The notes: a model not told the origin generated them from the sequence alone. Shown: positions 8,648-20,037, numbered from the stretch's first letter. The stretch is DNA of 32,000 bases from Methanopyrus kandleri AV19 (GCF_000007185.1 NC_003551.1:210001-242000); one strand, 5' to 3'. Numbers and translations are program-made.

Positions 8648-9319
8648 GTGCGGCTGGCTTTCATCGGAGGGACCGGCCATCAAGGGTTCGGACTCGCGCT
8701 GAGACTGGCGGCGGCGGGACACCACGTGATCATAGGATCGAGGGAGGAGGAACGCGCCGTTAAAGCCGCGGAGGAGGCCGAGGAGATCCTGGCAGAGCAC
8801 GGGTATGAGGACGTCACCGTTGAAGGTCGCGAGAATTCCGATGCCGCCGCCGAGGCGGAGGTTGTGTTCCTGACTGTCCCGTTCTTCGCTGTCATCGACA
8901 CGGTGAAGGCGATCCGGGACTCCCTCGACGAGGACGCGATCGTCGTGGACGTCACGGTACCGTTGGAAACCGCCGTAGGAGGCAAGCCCACCCGGCTGAT
9001 CAGACCGTGGGCCGGATCGGCGGCTGAAACCGTGCAGTCCCTGGTCAACAACCCCGTGGTATCCGCGTTCGAAAACGTCTCCGCCGAGTCACTTCGGGAC
9101 CTGGAGAAAGAGGTTAAGTGCGACGTGGTGGTGTGTTCGGACCACGAGGACGCGAAGCGCACCGTCATGGAGCTCGCGGAGGAGATACCGGGAGTTCGGG
9201 CGATAGACGGCGGACCGTTGGAGAACGCCAGGATCGTGGAGTCCATCACGGCACTGCTGATCAGCCTCAACATGCGGTACGGTAAGGAGGACGTCGGGAT
9301 CAGGTTCACCAACCTGTAG
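8648..9319 (+). CDS. npdG: NADPH-dependent F420 reductase (F420H2:NADP+ oxidoreductase)
   Basis: N-terminal Rossmann MRLAFIGGTGHQGFGLALRLAAAGHHVIIGSR closely matches the remembered NpdG/Fno N-terminus; about 223 aa. GTG start. Confidence 0.8.
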   Translation: MRLAFIGGTGHQGFGLALRLAAAGHHVIIGSREEERAVKAAEEAEEILAEHGYEDVTVEGRENSDAAAEAEVVFLTVPFFAVIDTVKAIRDSLDEDAIVVDVTVPLETAVGGKPTRLIRPWAGSAAETVQSLVNNPVVSAFENVSAESLRDLEKEVKCDVVVCSDHEDAKRTVMELAEEIPGVRAIDGGPLENARIVESITALLISLNMRYGKEDVGIRFTNL

Positions 9320-9391
9320 GGGGTCCGCCCGCGTCCCGATCTTCACCCCATCCGCTCGGGACTTTGTCTTCATCCCCCAGGGGGCGCCGCG

Positions 9392-10672
9392 TTGAGGGAT
9401 TTTCTGAGGTGCGTAGAGGACGATTTGGTGGTAGTCAAGGAGGAGTTGTCGCCGGAGTACGAGGTGCCGGCGGTTCTCCAGGAACTCGATAGACCGGTGG
9501 TGTTCGAGGGCGTCGAAGGCTACGACATCCCGCTGGTAGGTAACCTATGTTGTAGTCGGGAGTACTTGGTGAGGGCACTAGGAGCGGAATCCTGGGACGA
9601 TGTCCTGCGGAAACTCGCGGAGGCTATGGACTCGCCGAAGGAACCGCGGAAAGAACGCTCCCCGTCGTTCCTCGAAGCCGAGCGTGGACCCGAGTTCCTG
9701 AAGGAGTTTCCGATGTGTCGATTTTACCGGACTGACGGTGGTCCCTACCTCACGGCCTCCCTGGTCGTCGCGGTCGAGCCCGAGGAAGGCATCCCCAACG
9801 CGTCCGTGCACAGGATGATGTACCTCGGTGACGGCAAGTTCGCGGTACGGGTCGTCCCCCGTCATCTCTACAGATACTACGAGAAGGCCGACCACGATCT
9901 ACCCGTGGCGGTGTGCCTGGGAGTGGACCCGCGGACGATGTTCGCGTGCTGCGCCCGCGTACCGTATGAAGTCAGCGAGCTGGACGTCGCGGCGGCGTTC
10001 TGGGAGGACCTCCGGGTGTACGAGGTTGACTACGGGATCCCGGTACCCGCGGAGAGCGAGATCGTTATGGTGGGTAGACTGACCCCCGAGCGTGCCCCGG
10101 AAGGGCCCTTCGTGGACGTGACGCGCACCTTGGACGAACGGCGTCGCGAGCCCGTCTTCGAGGTCGAGAAGGTGTACACCCGGGAGGACCCGTACCACCC
10201 GATAATCCTCCCGGGCGGAGAGGAGCACCGGATCATGATGGGCGGTCCCGCCGAGGCCACGGTCCTCGCTCACGTCTCCCGGGTGTCGGAGGTGGTCAAG
10301 GTCAGACTGACTCCGGGCGGGGGAAGGTGGCTCCACGCGGTGGTATCGATACGGAAGCGCACGGAAGGTGAGGCCGTGAACGCCGGCCTCGCCGCGCTGG
10401 CGGCCCATCCGAGCCTGAAGCACGTGGTGGTCGTGGACGAAGACGTGGACCCGGACGATCCGGAACAAGTCGAGTACGCGCTCGCGACGAGGTTCCAGGC
10501 GGATCGCGACCTGCACGTGGTGAGGGGTCTCGGGTCCACCCTCGACCCGTCGGCGGAGGAGGGGATCATGGCGAAGGCCGTGTTCGACGCGACGGCCCCG
10601 GTGGAGAAAAGGGAACGGTTCGAGGTGGTCGAGGTGCCCGTGAGCGATCGGGTCCGGCGGATCCTGGACGAA

Positions 10673-10681
<9 letters not shown>
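9392..10681 (+). CDS. UbiD-family (prenylated-FMN dependent) decarboxylase
   Basis: Length 429 aa. UbiD-like blocks [33 protein letters not shown] and [12 protein letters not shown] start. Confidence 0.85.
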
Positions 10682-13494
<2,813 letters not shown>

Positions 13495-15320
13495 GGGGTC
13501 ACCACCCACCGTTTAGCGTTGTTCGGACTGACGTCGGGACCTGTGTCCGTACGGAGCGGTTCCAGGGTCAGGATCGCGTAGACGTCGCTCGACTGCGCCA
13601 ACATGAACGGGACGTCGGGTACCGGGCTGTCCCCTCGACCCATGATCACGGTGTAATGGCGGTTCGGAGCGTCCGCGTCGAACTGAATCCTGGCCTCGGT
13701 CTCCCAGGAGCGTATCGGGTACCCGAAGAACACCGTGAACCTGTAGTCCCTGTTGGAAAGCACGTTGTTGATGTCTCCCAGGATCAGGCCCTTGGCCAGC
13801 GCGAAGACGCCCTCGAGCCCTACGGCCACCGCCTCCACGTCGTACAGTTGGTCCGGGATCCTATTGAACTCCAAGTATCTGTTCCAAGCCCACTCGCAGA
13901 AGCCGGACGCCAGGGCATACCACGTGAGTATCAGGGGACGACCTTTAGGACCCTCGAACACCACCGCGTACGGCCCCACCAACCCCCAGCCCAGCTCCTG
14001 GTCGTTCCCCTCCGGGATCCGGTTGTACGTCACCACGAGGTAGTCCTTGAGGTCGAACAGCAGGGTGCTGGTAGTCAGATCCACCCCGATCAGGTCCCAG
14101 GGGTAGTGCCCCAGGCACGGGAGCGCGGCGTAGAAGTTGGGTGTGCCCACCTGGATCGAGTTGTTCCAGGGGTCGGTCAGCGTCATGTAGGACAGGAAGA
14201 TGTGTGGGTTCGCCCCCAGGATCTCGGGGAGCACTTCGTCGAACTCCGATGTTATATCCCAGTACATCCCACTTTCCGCCGGTGAAGGGACCAAGATGAC
14301 GCCCTCCCAGCTGTAACCCGTCAGGCGCAGGTCCTCGGCCGCCCAGGCGATCGGCAACCCGTAGAGGGCGCCCAAGTACAGCGAGCTGGGCCAGGGCTCG
14401 AACGTTTGAGCCACCCTCCACGACTCCGCTCGCCGTGGAACGTTGAAGATCACGGCGGGAGCTCCGGCGGTGATGTCCGCCGAAGCCCGGACGTAAATCG
14501 CGTCGTCGCCGAAGACCAGCCTGGCCTCCTCCCTGAACGCCTCGGTCTTATACACGACCACGATGAGATCGGAGTTCACGCACAGCCGATAGAACGGATC
14601 GTTCTCAACGCCCTGCCACGTGAAGGGACTGGCGGGGTTAATCACGTGCGCGCCGGGAACCAGGGGTATCAGTACGTCCTTGGTCTCCGTGGGGGAGATG
14701 ACCGTGGCTCTCGCCATGAGCGCGATCACCACACCGACCTTCTCCGGGTGCTCCGCAGCCTCGGGCAGCCGACGACGGAGGTCCTCTACAGCCTTCCATT
14801 TGAGCGCCAGGGCGGACGAGATGGCGAGTGAGTCGTACTCGGAGACTATCAGCACGAGATGGCTGTAACCTAGGGCCGTGAACAGCTCCAGTGGATCCGG
14901 GGTCCCGGACGACAGGTCCACCTCGATCCGCGGCGAGGAGGGCAGCACCTCGTTGATCACGTGGTCGGCGATGCCCATAACGCCTAACTGAGATCCACGC
15001 GTGACCGCCGGGAACACGTGGATTCTACCGTCGGCGTCCTCGTAGGACAGGAGCGAGAAGTAGGGTACCCAGTACGCGCATGCCGGGAACTTGTACCCCC
15101 CGTAGTTGCCGGAGTCCCCGGGCGGGACGCGGTACCCGGGGTTGTCCCCGGCTCCTTTCTCCACGACTTGACCGTTGGCGTCCGGTACCTTGAACACCAC
15201 GAGGTGCGATTCGTCGAGGACCACCGTGGGCGCCGCGGAGGTGGAACCTATAAGGGTAATTAAGAGCGCGAGCGCCGGGATCCACGGACCCCTCAACCGC
15301 CCACCCCGCGGGGAGGAACG

Positions 15321-16688
15321 ATGCTGAGGGAAGCGGTAAAAGACATCGAATCGGGTCACGTCGACCCGTCGGAGCGGATCCATGAGTATCTCGAAAAGAT
15401 CGACCGAGAGAACCCGGATATAAATGCATTGATCTATATCAATGGGGGAGCGCCGGAGGAGGTCGGATCGGAGGGGCCGCTCGCTGGAGTCGCCATAGCC
15501 GTCAAGGCCAACATCAACGTGGAGGGGATGCCGTGCGACTGCGCGTCCAAGACGCTGGAGGGGTACCGGGCTCCCTTCGACGCGACGGTCGTGCGGAGGA
15601 TCAAGGAAGCGGGCGCCGCGGTGATCGGTATCGCGAACATGGACGAGTTCGCGGCCGGCTCCTCGGGCGAGACCTCGTGCCACGGACCTACCGATAACCC
15701 GAGGTGTCCGGGGCGCATCCCGGGCGGGTCGAGCTCGGGGAGCGCCGCGGCCGTCGCGGCGGGCCTCTGCGACGCGGCCCTGGGCTCGGACACGGGCGGG
15801 TCGATCCGGAACCCGGCGTCACACTGCGGTGTGGTCGGGTTCAAGCCCACGTACGGCCTGGTCCCGCGGCAGGGTCTCATCGACCTGGCCATGAGTCTGG
15901 ATCAGATCGGACCCATCACCAGGACCGTCGAGGACGCCGCGCTGCTGCTGGAGGTGATCGCGGGCCCGGGTGAGGACGTCGAAGGGACCGTGCGGAACGC
16001 CGAGGTCCCCCGGTTCTCGGAGCTGCTGGACCCGGAGGAAGTGGAAGGTATGCGCATAGGTCTCGTGAGGGAGTTCCTCGAGGTCTCGGAGCCCGAGATC
16101 GCGGAGGTCGCCAAGGAGGCGGCTCGTGCCCTGGAGCGGGCCGGGGCCACCGTCGAGGAGGTGAGCCTGGGTCGGAAGCTCGTCGACGTGGCACTACCCA
16201 CGTACTACGTGATCAACTACGTGGAGTTCTTCTCGGCGACGCGCCGGTTCGACGGACGGAGGTACGGTCGTAGGATCGAGCACGTCTGCGGAAAGGAAGT
16301 TCTCCGGAGGATCGTGGCCGGGGCCGCGATCAGCCGGCAGGAGGTCCGCGGTCAGTACTACGAGCGGGCGCTGAGAGCCAGGACGTGGATCCGACGCAGA
16401 CTGTTGGAGGCGTTGGAGGGCTACGACGCGTTGCTGGGACCGACGGTGCCGAAGCCTCCACATCGTATCGGAGAGGAGTTGAGCGTCCGTGAGATGTACG
16501 GGTACGACGTGCTGACCGTGATCCCTAACCTGGCCGGGTGTCCGGCCGGAAGCGTGCCGTTCGACACGATTAACGTGGATGGCGACCGGGTGCCGTGCGG
16601 TGTTCAGGTGATCGCGCGGCCGTGGGAGGATCTGACCGCCCTGAACGTCATGGCGGCCCTCGAGCGGGCCGCCTCCTTCGAGCCCTGA
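15321..16688 (+). CDS. gatA: Glutamyl/aspartyl-tRNA amidotransferase subunit A
   Basis: Amidase signature GGSSSGSAAAVAAGLCDAALGSDTGGSIRNPAS; 455 aa. ATG is preceded by GGGAGGAACG. Confidence 0.9.
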   Translation: MLREAVKDIESGHVDPSERIHEYLEKIDRENPDINALIYINGGAPEEVGSEGPLAGVAIAVKANINVEGMPCDCASKTLEGYRAPFDATVVRRIKEAGAAVIGIANMDEFAAGSSGETSCHGPTDNPRCPGRIPGGSSSGSAAAVAAGLCDAALGSDTGGSIRNPASHCGVVGFKPTYGLVPRQGLIDLAMSLDQIGPITRTVEDAALLLEVIAGPGEDVEGTVRNAEVPRFSELLDPEEVEGMRIGLVREFLEVSEPEIAEVAKEAARALERAGATVEEVSLGRKLVDVALPTYYVINYVEFFSATRRFDGRRYGRRIEHVCGKEVLRRIVAGAAISRQEVRGQYYERALRARTWIRRRLLEALEGYDALLGPTVPKPPHRIGEELSVREMYGYDVLTVIPNLAGCPAGSVPFDTINVDGDRVPCGVQVIARPWEDLTALNVMAALERAASFEP

Positions 16689-16758
16689 GACTCCATGCTC
16701 GAGTTCTTCCCTTGACAGCTCCGACCTCTGTCCCTATTCGGGACCGGCAGTCGGACTG

Positions 16759-17083
16759 TTCACGCATAGCTTATGCATGATTCACGTACGATTGTTGAAA
16801 GACGGTGTGATACCTTACGGACGGTAGTTCAATAGTCGTCATGTCATTCACGCACGTACAACATACGACTTATGCATAACTTACGTACAGAACGTTGACG
16901 TCACTCATAACTTCGGAGTGTGTCACGTGGTTCGCCTCATAGCCATTTGTGCGACTTTATTATGCATCCGCGCCACGGCTCGGTCGGTACCGACGCTATT
17001 TGTGCGTCTGTTTTGGGGAGGGGTCTCGGCAGATCGTCGTGGGCCGCCTACCGCCGGAGGGCGATATCATGTTCGCACAAAAT
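16759..17083. repeat. Cluster of short repeats in an AT-rich, gene-free patch
   Basis: TTCACG(C/T)A at 16759, 16781 and 16847. (C/A)TTATGCAT at 16770, 16869 and 16959. CATAACTT at 16875 and 16905. ATTTGTGCG at 16945 and 16998, with an inverted ATTTTGTGCGA at 17073-17083. Perfect 12-bp palindrome GTCGGTACCGAC at 16983-16994. Two composite units (16759-16790 and 16847-16888) share the order TTCACGCA...CTTATGCAT...T(T/C)ACGTAC. Confidence 0.7.
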
Positions 17084-17084
17084 T

Positions 17085-17477
17085 GGGGAGCCGCAGAAGG
17101 GCGAGCGCGGCCGCACGATCTACCTAAGGCAGAAAAACTCAGTACAACTCCTCCAAGAATGGCTCGAAACAATCCGACTCGCGGCACCACGACTCTGCGA
17201 CCGGGAGAAAGTCAAACGGTTCGGCGGGCCGTCCGGAGGGCGCTGACACCTACTCGAACGGCTCTCGCAGGGAATACCGCACGAGGACGAGCGGATCGTG
17301 CTCAGAGACTCGATTCTCCAGGCCATTGGATACTGTCCTTTAAGGACTAAGAGACCGGATGGTGGCGGGAACATACTCGCGGACCTCTTGGAGACGTTAC
17401 CGGAAGGGTTCCGAGACTTCGTACTAGAACCCCTCACACCGTGGCCCGTTCGGTACAGTTACGGACCAAGAGGCTAA
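17085..17477 (+). other. Coding-like reading frame interrupted by a single in-frame TGA (selenoprotein, pseudogene or two small ORFs; unresolved)
   Basis: One frame reads ...GERGRTIYLRQKNSVQLLQEWLETIRLAAPRLCDREKVKRFGGPSGGR-TGA(17244-17246)-HLLERLSQGIPHEDERIVLRDSILQAIGYCPLRTKRPDGGGNILADLLETLPEGFRDFVLEPLTPWPVRYSYGPRG-TAA(17475). Composition is protein-like, unlike the basic alternate frames. No convincing start codon lies near 17085. GTG 17298..17477 would be a 59-codon ORF, shorter than any ORF listed in the track. Confidence 0.3.
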
Positions 17478-17526
17478 CCGGGCGACAGAAGCTTAACCGG
17501 CAGGACGGAGGACGTCGGGGGCCGAC

Positions 17527-17967
17527 GTGACCCGCTCCTACCTGGTGTTCGACGTGGGGAGGTACCGAGAGCTGGCTGAGGAGCTCGTGAAGCCGGAGGA
17601 CATCGTGGTGGAGGTCGGCGCCGCCGCGGGTGATACCACCGTCAGACTGGCCCGCAACGCCCGGCTGGTGATCGCCTTCGAGAAGTCGGAGGAGATGTTC
17701 GAACGGCTGAGGGAACGCGTGCGCGACCTGGACAACGTGATCGTCCTGTGCGAGGACGGGTTCGAGCTGGGGGAAGTGCTCAAACGTACGGAGCGCGTGG
17801 ACGCTGTCTTCATCGACGTAGGGGGTGGGGCGCAGCCGAGGTTGGCACTGGCGCTGTGGGAGGCTTACTACTCGCGCTTCCGTCCGAGGGTGATCGTGGT
17901 CCGGAACCGGAGGCTCTGCCGGCTGATCGAGACCGTGGAACGCGTGGAGTGCGATGAGGAGGTATAG
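17527..17967 (+). CDS. Small class-I SAM-dependent methyltransferase-fold protein
   Basis: Motif I-like VVEVGAAAGDTT, then VIAFEKSEE, NVIVLCEDG and DAVFIDVGG in the usual Rossmann-MTase order; 146 aa. GTG start after GGAGGACGTCGGGGG. Confidence 0.6.
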   Translation: MTRSYLVFDVGRYRELAEELVKPEDIVVEVGAAAGDTTVRLARNARLVIAFEKSEEMFERLRERVRDLDNVIVLCEDGFELGEVLKRTERVDAVFIDVGGGAQPRLALALWEAYYSRFRPRVIVVRNRRLCRLIETVERVECDEEV

Positions 17968-17977
17968 CCGCCTCTGA

Positions 17978-18043
17978 CGCGGTGATGAGGGCACTCGGGG
18001 CCGAGCACGCGCTCCGCGATGAGGAGGTGACCCCACTGACGGC
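17978..18043 (+). ncRNA. Candidate C/D-box sRNA
   Basis: C box GUGAUGA (17982-17988). 12-nt spacer. D'-like CCGA (18001-18004). 11-nt linker. C'-like GCGAUGA (18016-18022). 13-nt spacer GGAGGUGACCCCA. D box CUGA (18036-18039). About 60 nt in total. It lies in the gap between two convergent genes, with no plausible plus-strand gene downstream. Confidence 0.35.
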
Positions 18044-18105
18044 TCGCACGTCGATCGGAGGATGAAACGTTCTACCGGGGGGCGGAAGGTTGCCCGAGGG
18101 CGCCT

Positions 18106-18993
18106 TCAGAGGCGGTCACGAACGGCTTCAGCGAGCTCGGAGAAGGCCTCGGAGACTCGCGAGTCGGGGGCGGCGATGACGAACGGTTTACCTTCCTCCT
18201 CGGCCTTCCGCTTCGCCTCCGGGTCTAGGGGTATCCGGGCGAGGACCTCGGTGTCGAATCGCTCCGCGAGCTTCTCCGAGTAGTCGTCCGAGAAGTACTC
18301 GATCGTGCTCCCGCACTCGGGGCAGACGATCCCGTGCATGTTACTGACGATCCCGATCAACCGAGCCTCCAGCTTATCGACGGCTTCACCGGCCTTCACG
18401 ACGTCGGAGAACGCCAGGGACTCGGGGCTGGCGACCAGGAGCACGTTACGGGCGTCCTCGGGGAGCATCTGCAGCGCCGTCATGACCTCGTCACCGGTTC
18501 CAGGAGGCATGTCGATGATCAGGTAGTCCAGGTCGCCCCAGCGCGTCTTGACGAGGATCTCGCGGATGAAGCCGGACTTGCGCGGCCCACGCCAGAGGAC
18601 GGGGAGGTCCTCGCGCTCCAGCATGGTGCCGATGGACATCACTTTCACGTCACGGTAGCCCGAGAGCGGGAACAGACCGGCGGGCGTTCCCTGTGGGGGC
18701 TCCGTGACCCCGAGTTGCTCAGGTACGTTCGGTCCGTGGATGTCCAGGTCCAGGATACCCACCTCGTCGTCCTCGGCCAGCGCGAGCGCGAGGTTCACCG
18801 AGACGGTGGTCTTACCCACGCCGCCTTTGCCGCTCATGACGACAAGGACGTGCTCGACGCTCTCCAGGTTCTTCTCGATGGCTTCGCGTTCCTTCTCGAG
18901 GCGCTTCTCTAGCTCCTCTCGGGACGGGTGGTGCGGGTGGCCCTCACGTGGCTCGTTCCCCTCGGCCAAGGGACTCACCCCGGTTAGGTGCAC
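18106..18993 (-). CDS. Mrp/NBP35/ApbC-family Fe-S cluster carrier ATPase
   Basis: Deviant Walker A MSGKGGVGKTTVSVNLALALAE, plus IIDMPPGTGD and CPECG blocks. GTG 18993; the His-rich N-terminal extension makes the start uncertain. Confidence 0.9.
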   Translation of the reverse strand: MHLTGVSPLAEGNEPREGHPHHPSREELEKRLEKEREAIEKNLESVEHVLVVMSGKGGVGKTTVSVNLALALAEDDEVGILDLDIHGPNVPEQLGVTEPPQGTPAGLFPLSGYRDVKVMSIGTMLEREDLPVLWRGPRKSGFIREILVKTRWGDLDYLIIDMPPGTGDEVMTALQMLPEDARNVLLVASPESLAFSDVVKAGEAVDKLEARLIGIVSNMHGIVCPECGSTIEYFSDDYSEKLAERFDTEVLARIPLDPEAKRKAEEEGKPFVIAAPDSRVSEAFSELAEAVRDRL

Positions 18994-19012
18994 CTAATGA
19001 GTCGTTCGAGGC

Positions 19013-19020
19013 TCTTAAAA
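19013..19020 (-). promoter_or_regulatory. TATA-like box upstream of the Mrp-family gene
   Basis: Minus-sense TTTTAAGA, the only AT-rich box in the 177-nt gap. It lies 20-27 nt upstream of GTG 18993, consistent with a leaderless or near-leaderless mRNA. Confidence 0.45.
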
Positions 19021-19170
19021 CCGGTTCCCCTGTGTGCCCACGTCGAGCGACGGTACCGATGGACCGATCCCAGGCTAAACGATCTGGGGACGGTCGACGG
19101 CACCCGGGCGCGGATCGGGCTCGTAGAGGCGGGTTCAGCCGGCGGGAGGGCGCGGGTGAGCCCTGCCCGG

Positions 19171-20037
19171 TCATCGCCGCACTCGTTCTCCGACGGTGGA
19201 GCGCCCGATGAGGACGAGCCGGCGGTAGCCTAGAAGCCGCGCCAAGCGACCGCACTCCGGTACTTCGGTACGGCCGAAGGTCTTCGCCTTGATGAGGTCC
19301 CCCAACGCCCCTCCCGTGAGTACGTCCCATACGGCGTCCATGAGCGTTGGGTCCTCGATCTCGAGTCGTTCCTCCAGGTACTCACGAAGCCTGGGTTCCA
19401 CCTTGAACCGGTAGAACGCCCCGGCCAGGGTGAAGGAGATCAGGAAAGCGATAGACCCTATCGGGTCCCCTCGCGTGCACGCGAGCAGGAGGGCCGTCGC
19501 GACCGAGGCGTTCCCCGCGTCCCCGAGCATCACGCGACCCTTCAGGTCCAGCAGGACGTAGGGTATGAGCGCCGCCCAGGCGACGGAGACCAGGGTCGGG
19601 TTCCACCATGGGAGGGTCGCGACGGTGGCGGTCAGCGCGGCGAAGGTGAACGCGCGCGGCTGCATGTCCACAATGTTGGCGGGTTGTGGGAGGAACCCCG
19701 CCACGAGCCCCGTGATAGGGTGGAACTTCCACCAACACCACCCGAAGGCCACCAACATCGCGGTACCCCGGGCCAGATGACCCACCTCGACACCGAACCT
19801 CGTGGGAGTCCTGCCGAGCGCGTCGTCCACGAACCCCAGCACGGCGTGGGCCGCGACCGGGACGCCGTGGGTTAGGGGCGCCAGATACGCGTATATTAAG
19901 GCCGGGATGACGCCGACGCCCCTCGGTGTACCTCCCCGAACGGGCTCGTAGAGCGGTCCGTCCAGGAACTTGAAGATCGCGCACGCCGCGAGGGTCGCAG
20001 GTGCGGACGCTACGAGTGCCACCAACATGGCGTGCAC
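19171..20037 (-). CDS. MraY/WecA-family (GT4) polyprenyl-phosphate sugar-1-phosphate transferase, divergent member
   Basis: Multi-pass membrane protein. It carries LGFVDDALG (the DD motif) and VMLGDAGNAS (the GDxGS-type motif). The middle NxxNxxDGxDG motif is degenerate (PANIVDMQP). It has an ~80-aa soluble C-terminal extension. GTG start after GTGGGGGCT. Confidence 0.7.
   Translation of the reverse strand: MHAMLVALVASAPATLAACAIFKFLDGPLYEPVRGGTPRGVGVIPALIYAYLAPLTHGVPVAAHAVLGFVDDALGRTPTRFGVEVGHLARGTAMLVAFGWCWWKFHPITGLVAGFLPQPANIVDMQPRAFTFAALTATVATLPWWNPTLVSVAWAALIPYVLLDLKGRVMLGDAGNASVATALLLACTRGDPIGSIAFLISFTLAGAFYRFKVEPRLREYLEERLEIEDPTLMDAVWDVLTGGALGDLIKAKTFGRTEVPECGRLARLLGYRRLVLIGRSTVGERVRR

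Noticed and set aside
9320-9391. Hairpin TCCCGA-N16-TCGGGA followed by CTTTGTCTTC after npdG, as an intrinsic terminator.
   Set aside because: The stem has only 6 bp with a large loop, and the T-tract is weak. Archaeal termination does not require hairpins. The evidence is too weak to call as a feature.
15297-15683. N-terminal 129-codon extension of surface protein B (track start 15683).
   Set aside because: It is entirely antisense to gatA, Arg/Asp/His-rich and unlike the rest of the protein. The signal-peptide-like segment begins right after TTG 15296.
16918-17350. Three overlapping plus-strand ORFs (16918..17127, 16920..17246, 16949..17350) as conventional genes.
   Set aside because: Their 5' parts run through the AT-rich repeat patch, with implausible sequence. 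16949..17350 is extremely basic and Thr/Arg-rich. Only the distal part of the 16920 frame looks protein-like, and that is reported separately as the TGA-interrupted frame.
17330-17480. SRP (7S) RNA or tRNA in the large gap: CCGGAAGGG, a CCTCTTGG/CCAAGAGG long-range complement (17386/17466), and the GACGC-TATTTGT-GCGTC hairpin at 16992-17008.
   Set aside because: There is no GGAA-tetraloop followed by the AGCA helix-8 signature. There is no T-loop (GTTCRANYC) or cloverleaf spacing. The 7-nt loop lacks U33-type anticodon-loop features. The complementarity is compatible with ordinary mRNA structure.
17128-17500. Possible RNase P RNA: GGGAGAAAGUCAAAC (near 17203) resembles CR-I GAGGAAAGUCC, and GACAGAAGCUUAACC (near 17485) resembles CR-V ACAGAA..GGCUUA.
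   Set aside because: The near-invariant GG and CC of the CR-I consensus are missing. The other CR-like strings (GGCAGAAAAAC, AGAACCCCUCAC) are in the wrong order. I could not find P1/P2 pairing between the ends, and the reverse strand has no GGACTTTCCTC. These are most likely chance resemblances.
17478-17526. A SECIS element that would support Sec decoding of the TGA at 17244.
   Set aside because: Only generic GC hairpins (CCGG...CCGG, CGGC...GCCG) are present. There is no helix with the GAA/A internal loop seen in the hdrA SECIS. Sec therefore remains unproven for this locus; I kept it as a finding with that caveat.
18062-18283. Plus-strand ORF preceded by GGAGG directly before its ATG, downstream of the GAGGAGGTGA sequence.
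   Set aside because: It is fully antisense to the well-supported Mrp/ApbC gene. The product is basic and Ser/Arg-rich, and the SD has no spacer to the ATG. It is a frame artefact.
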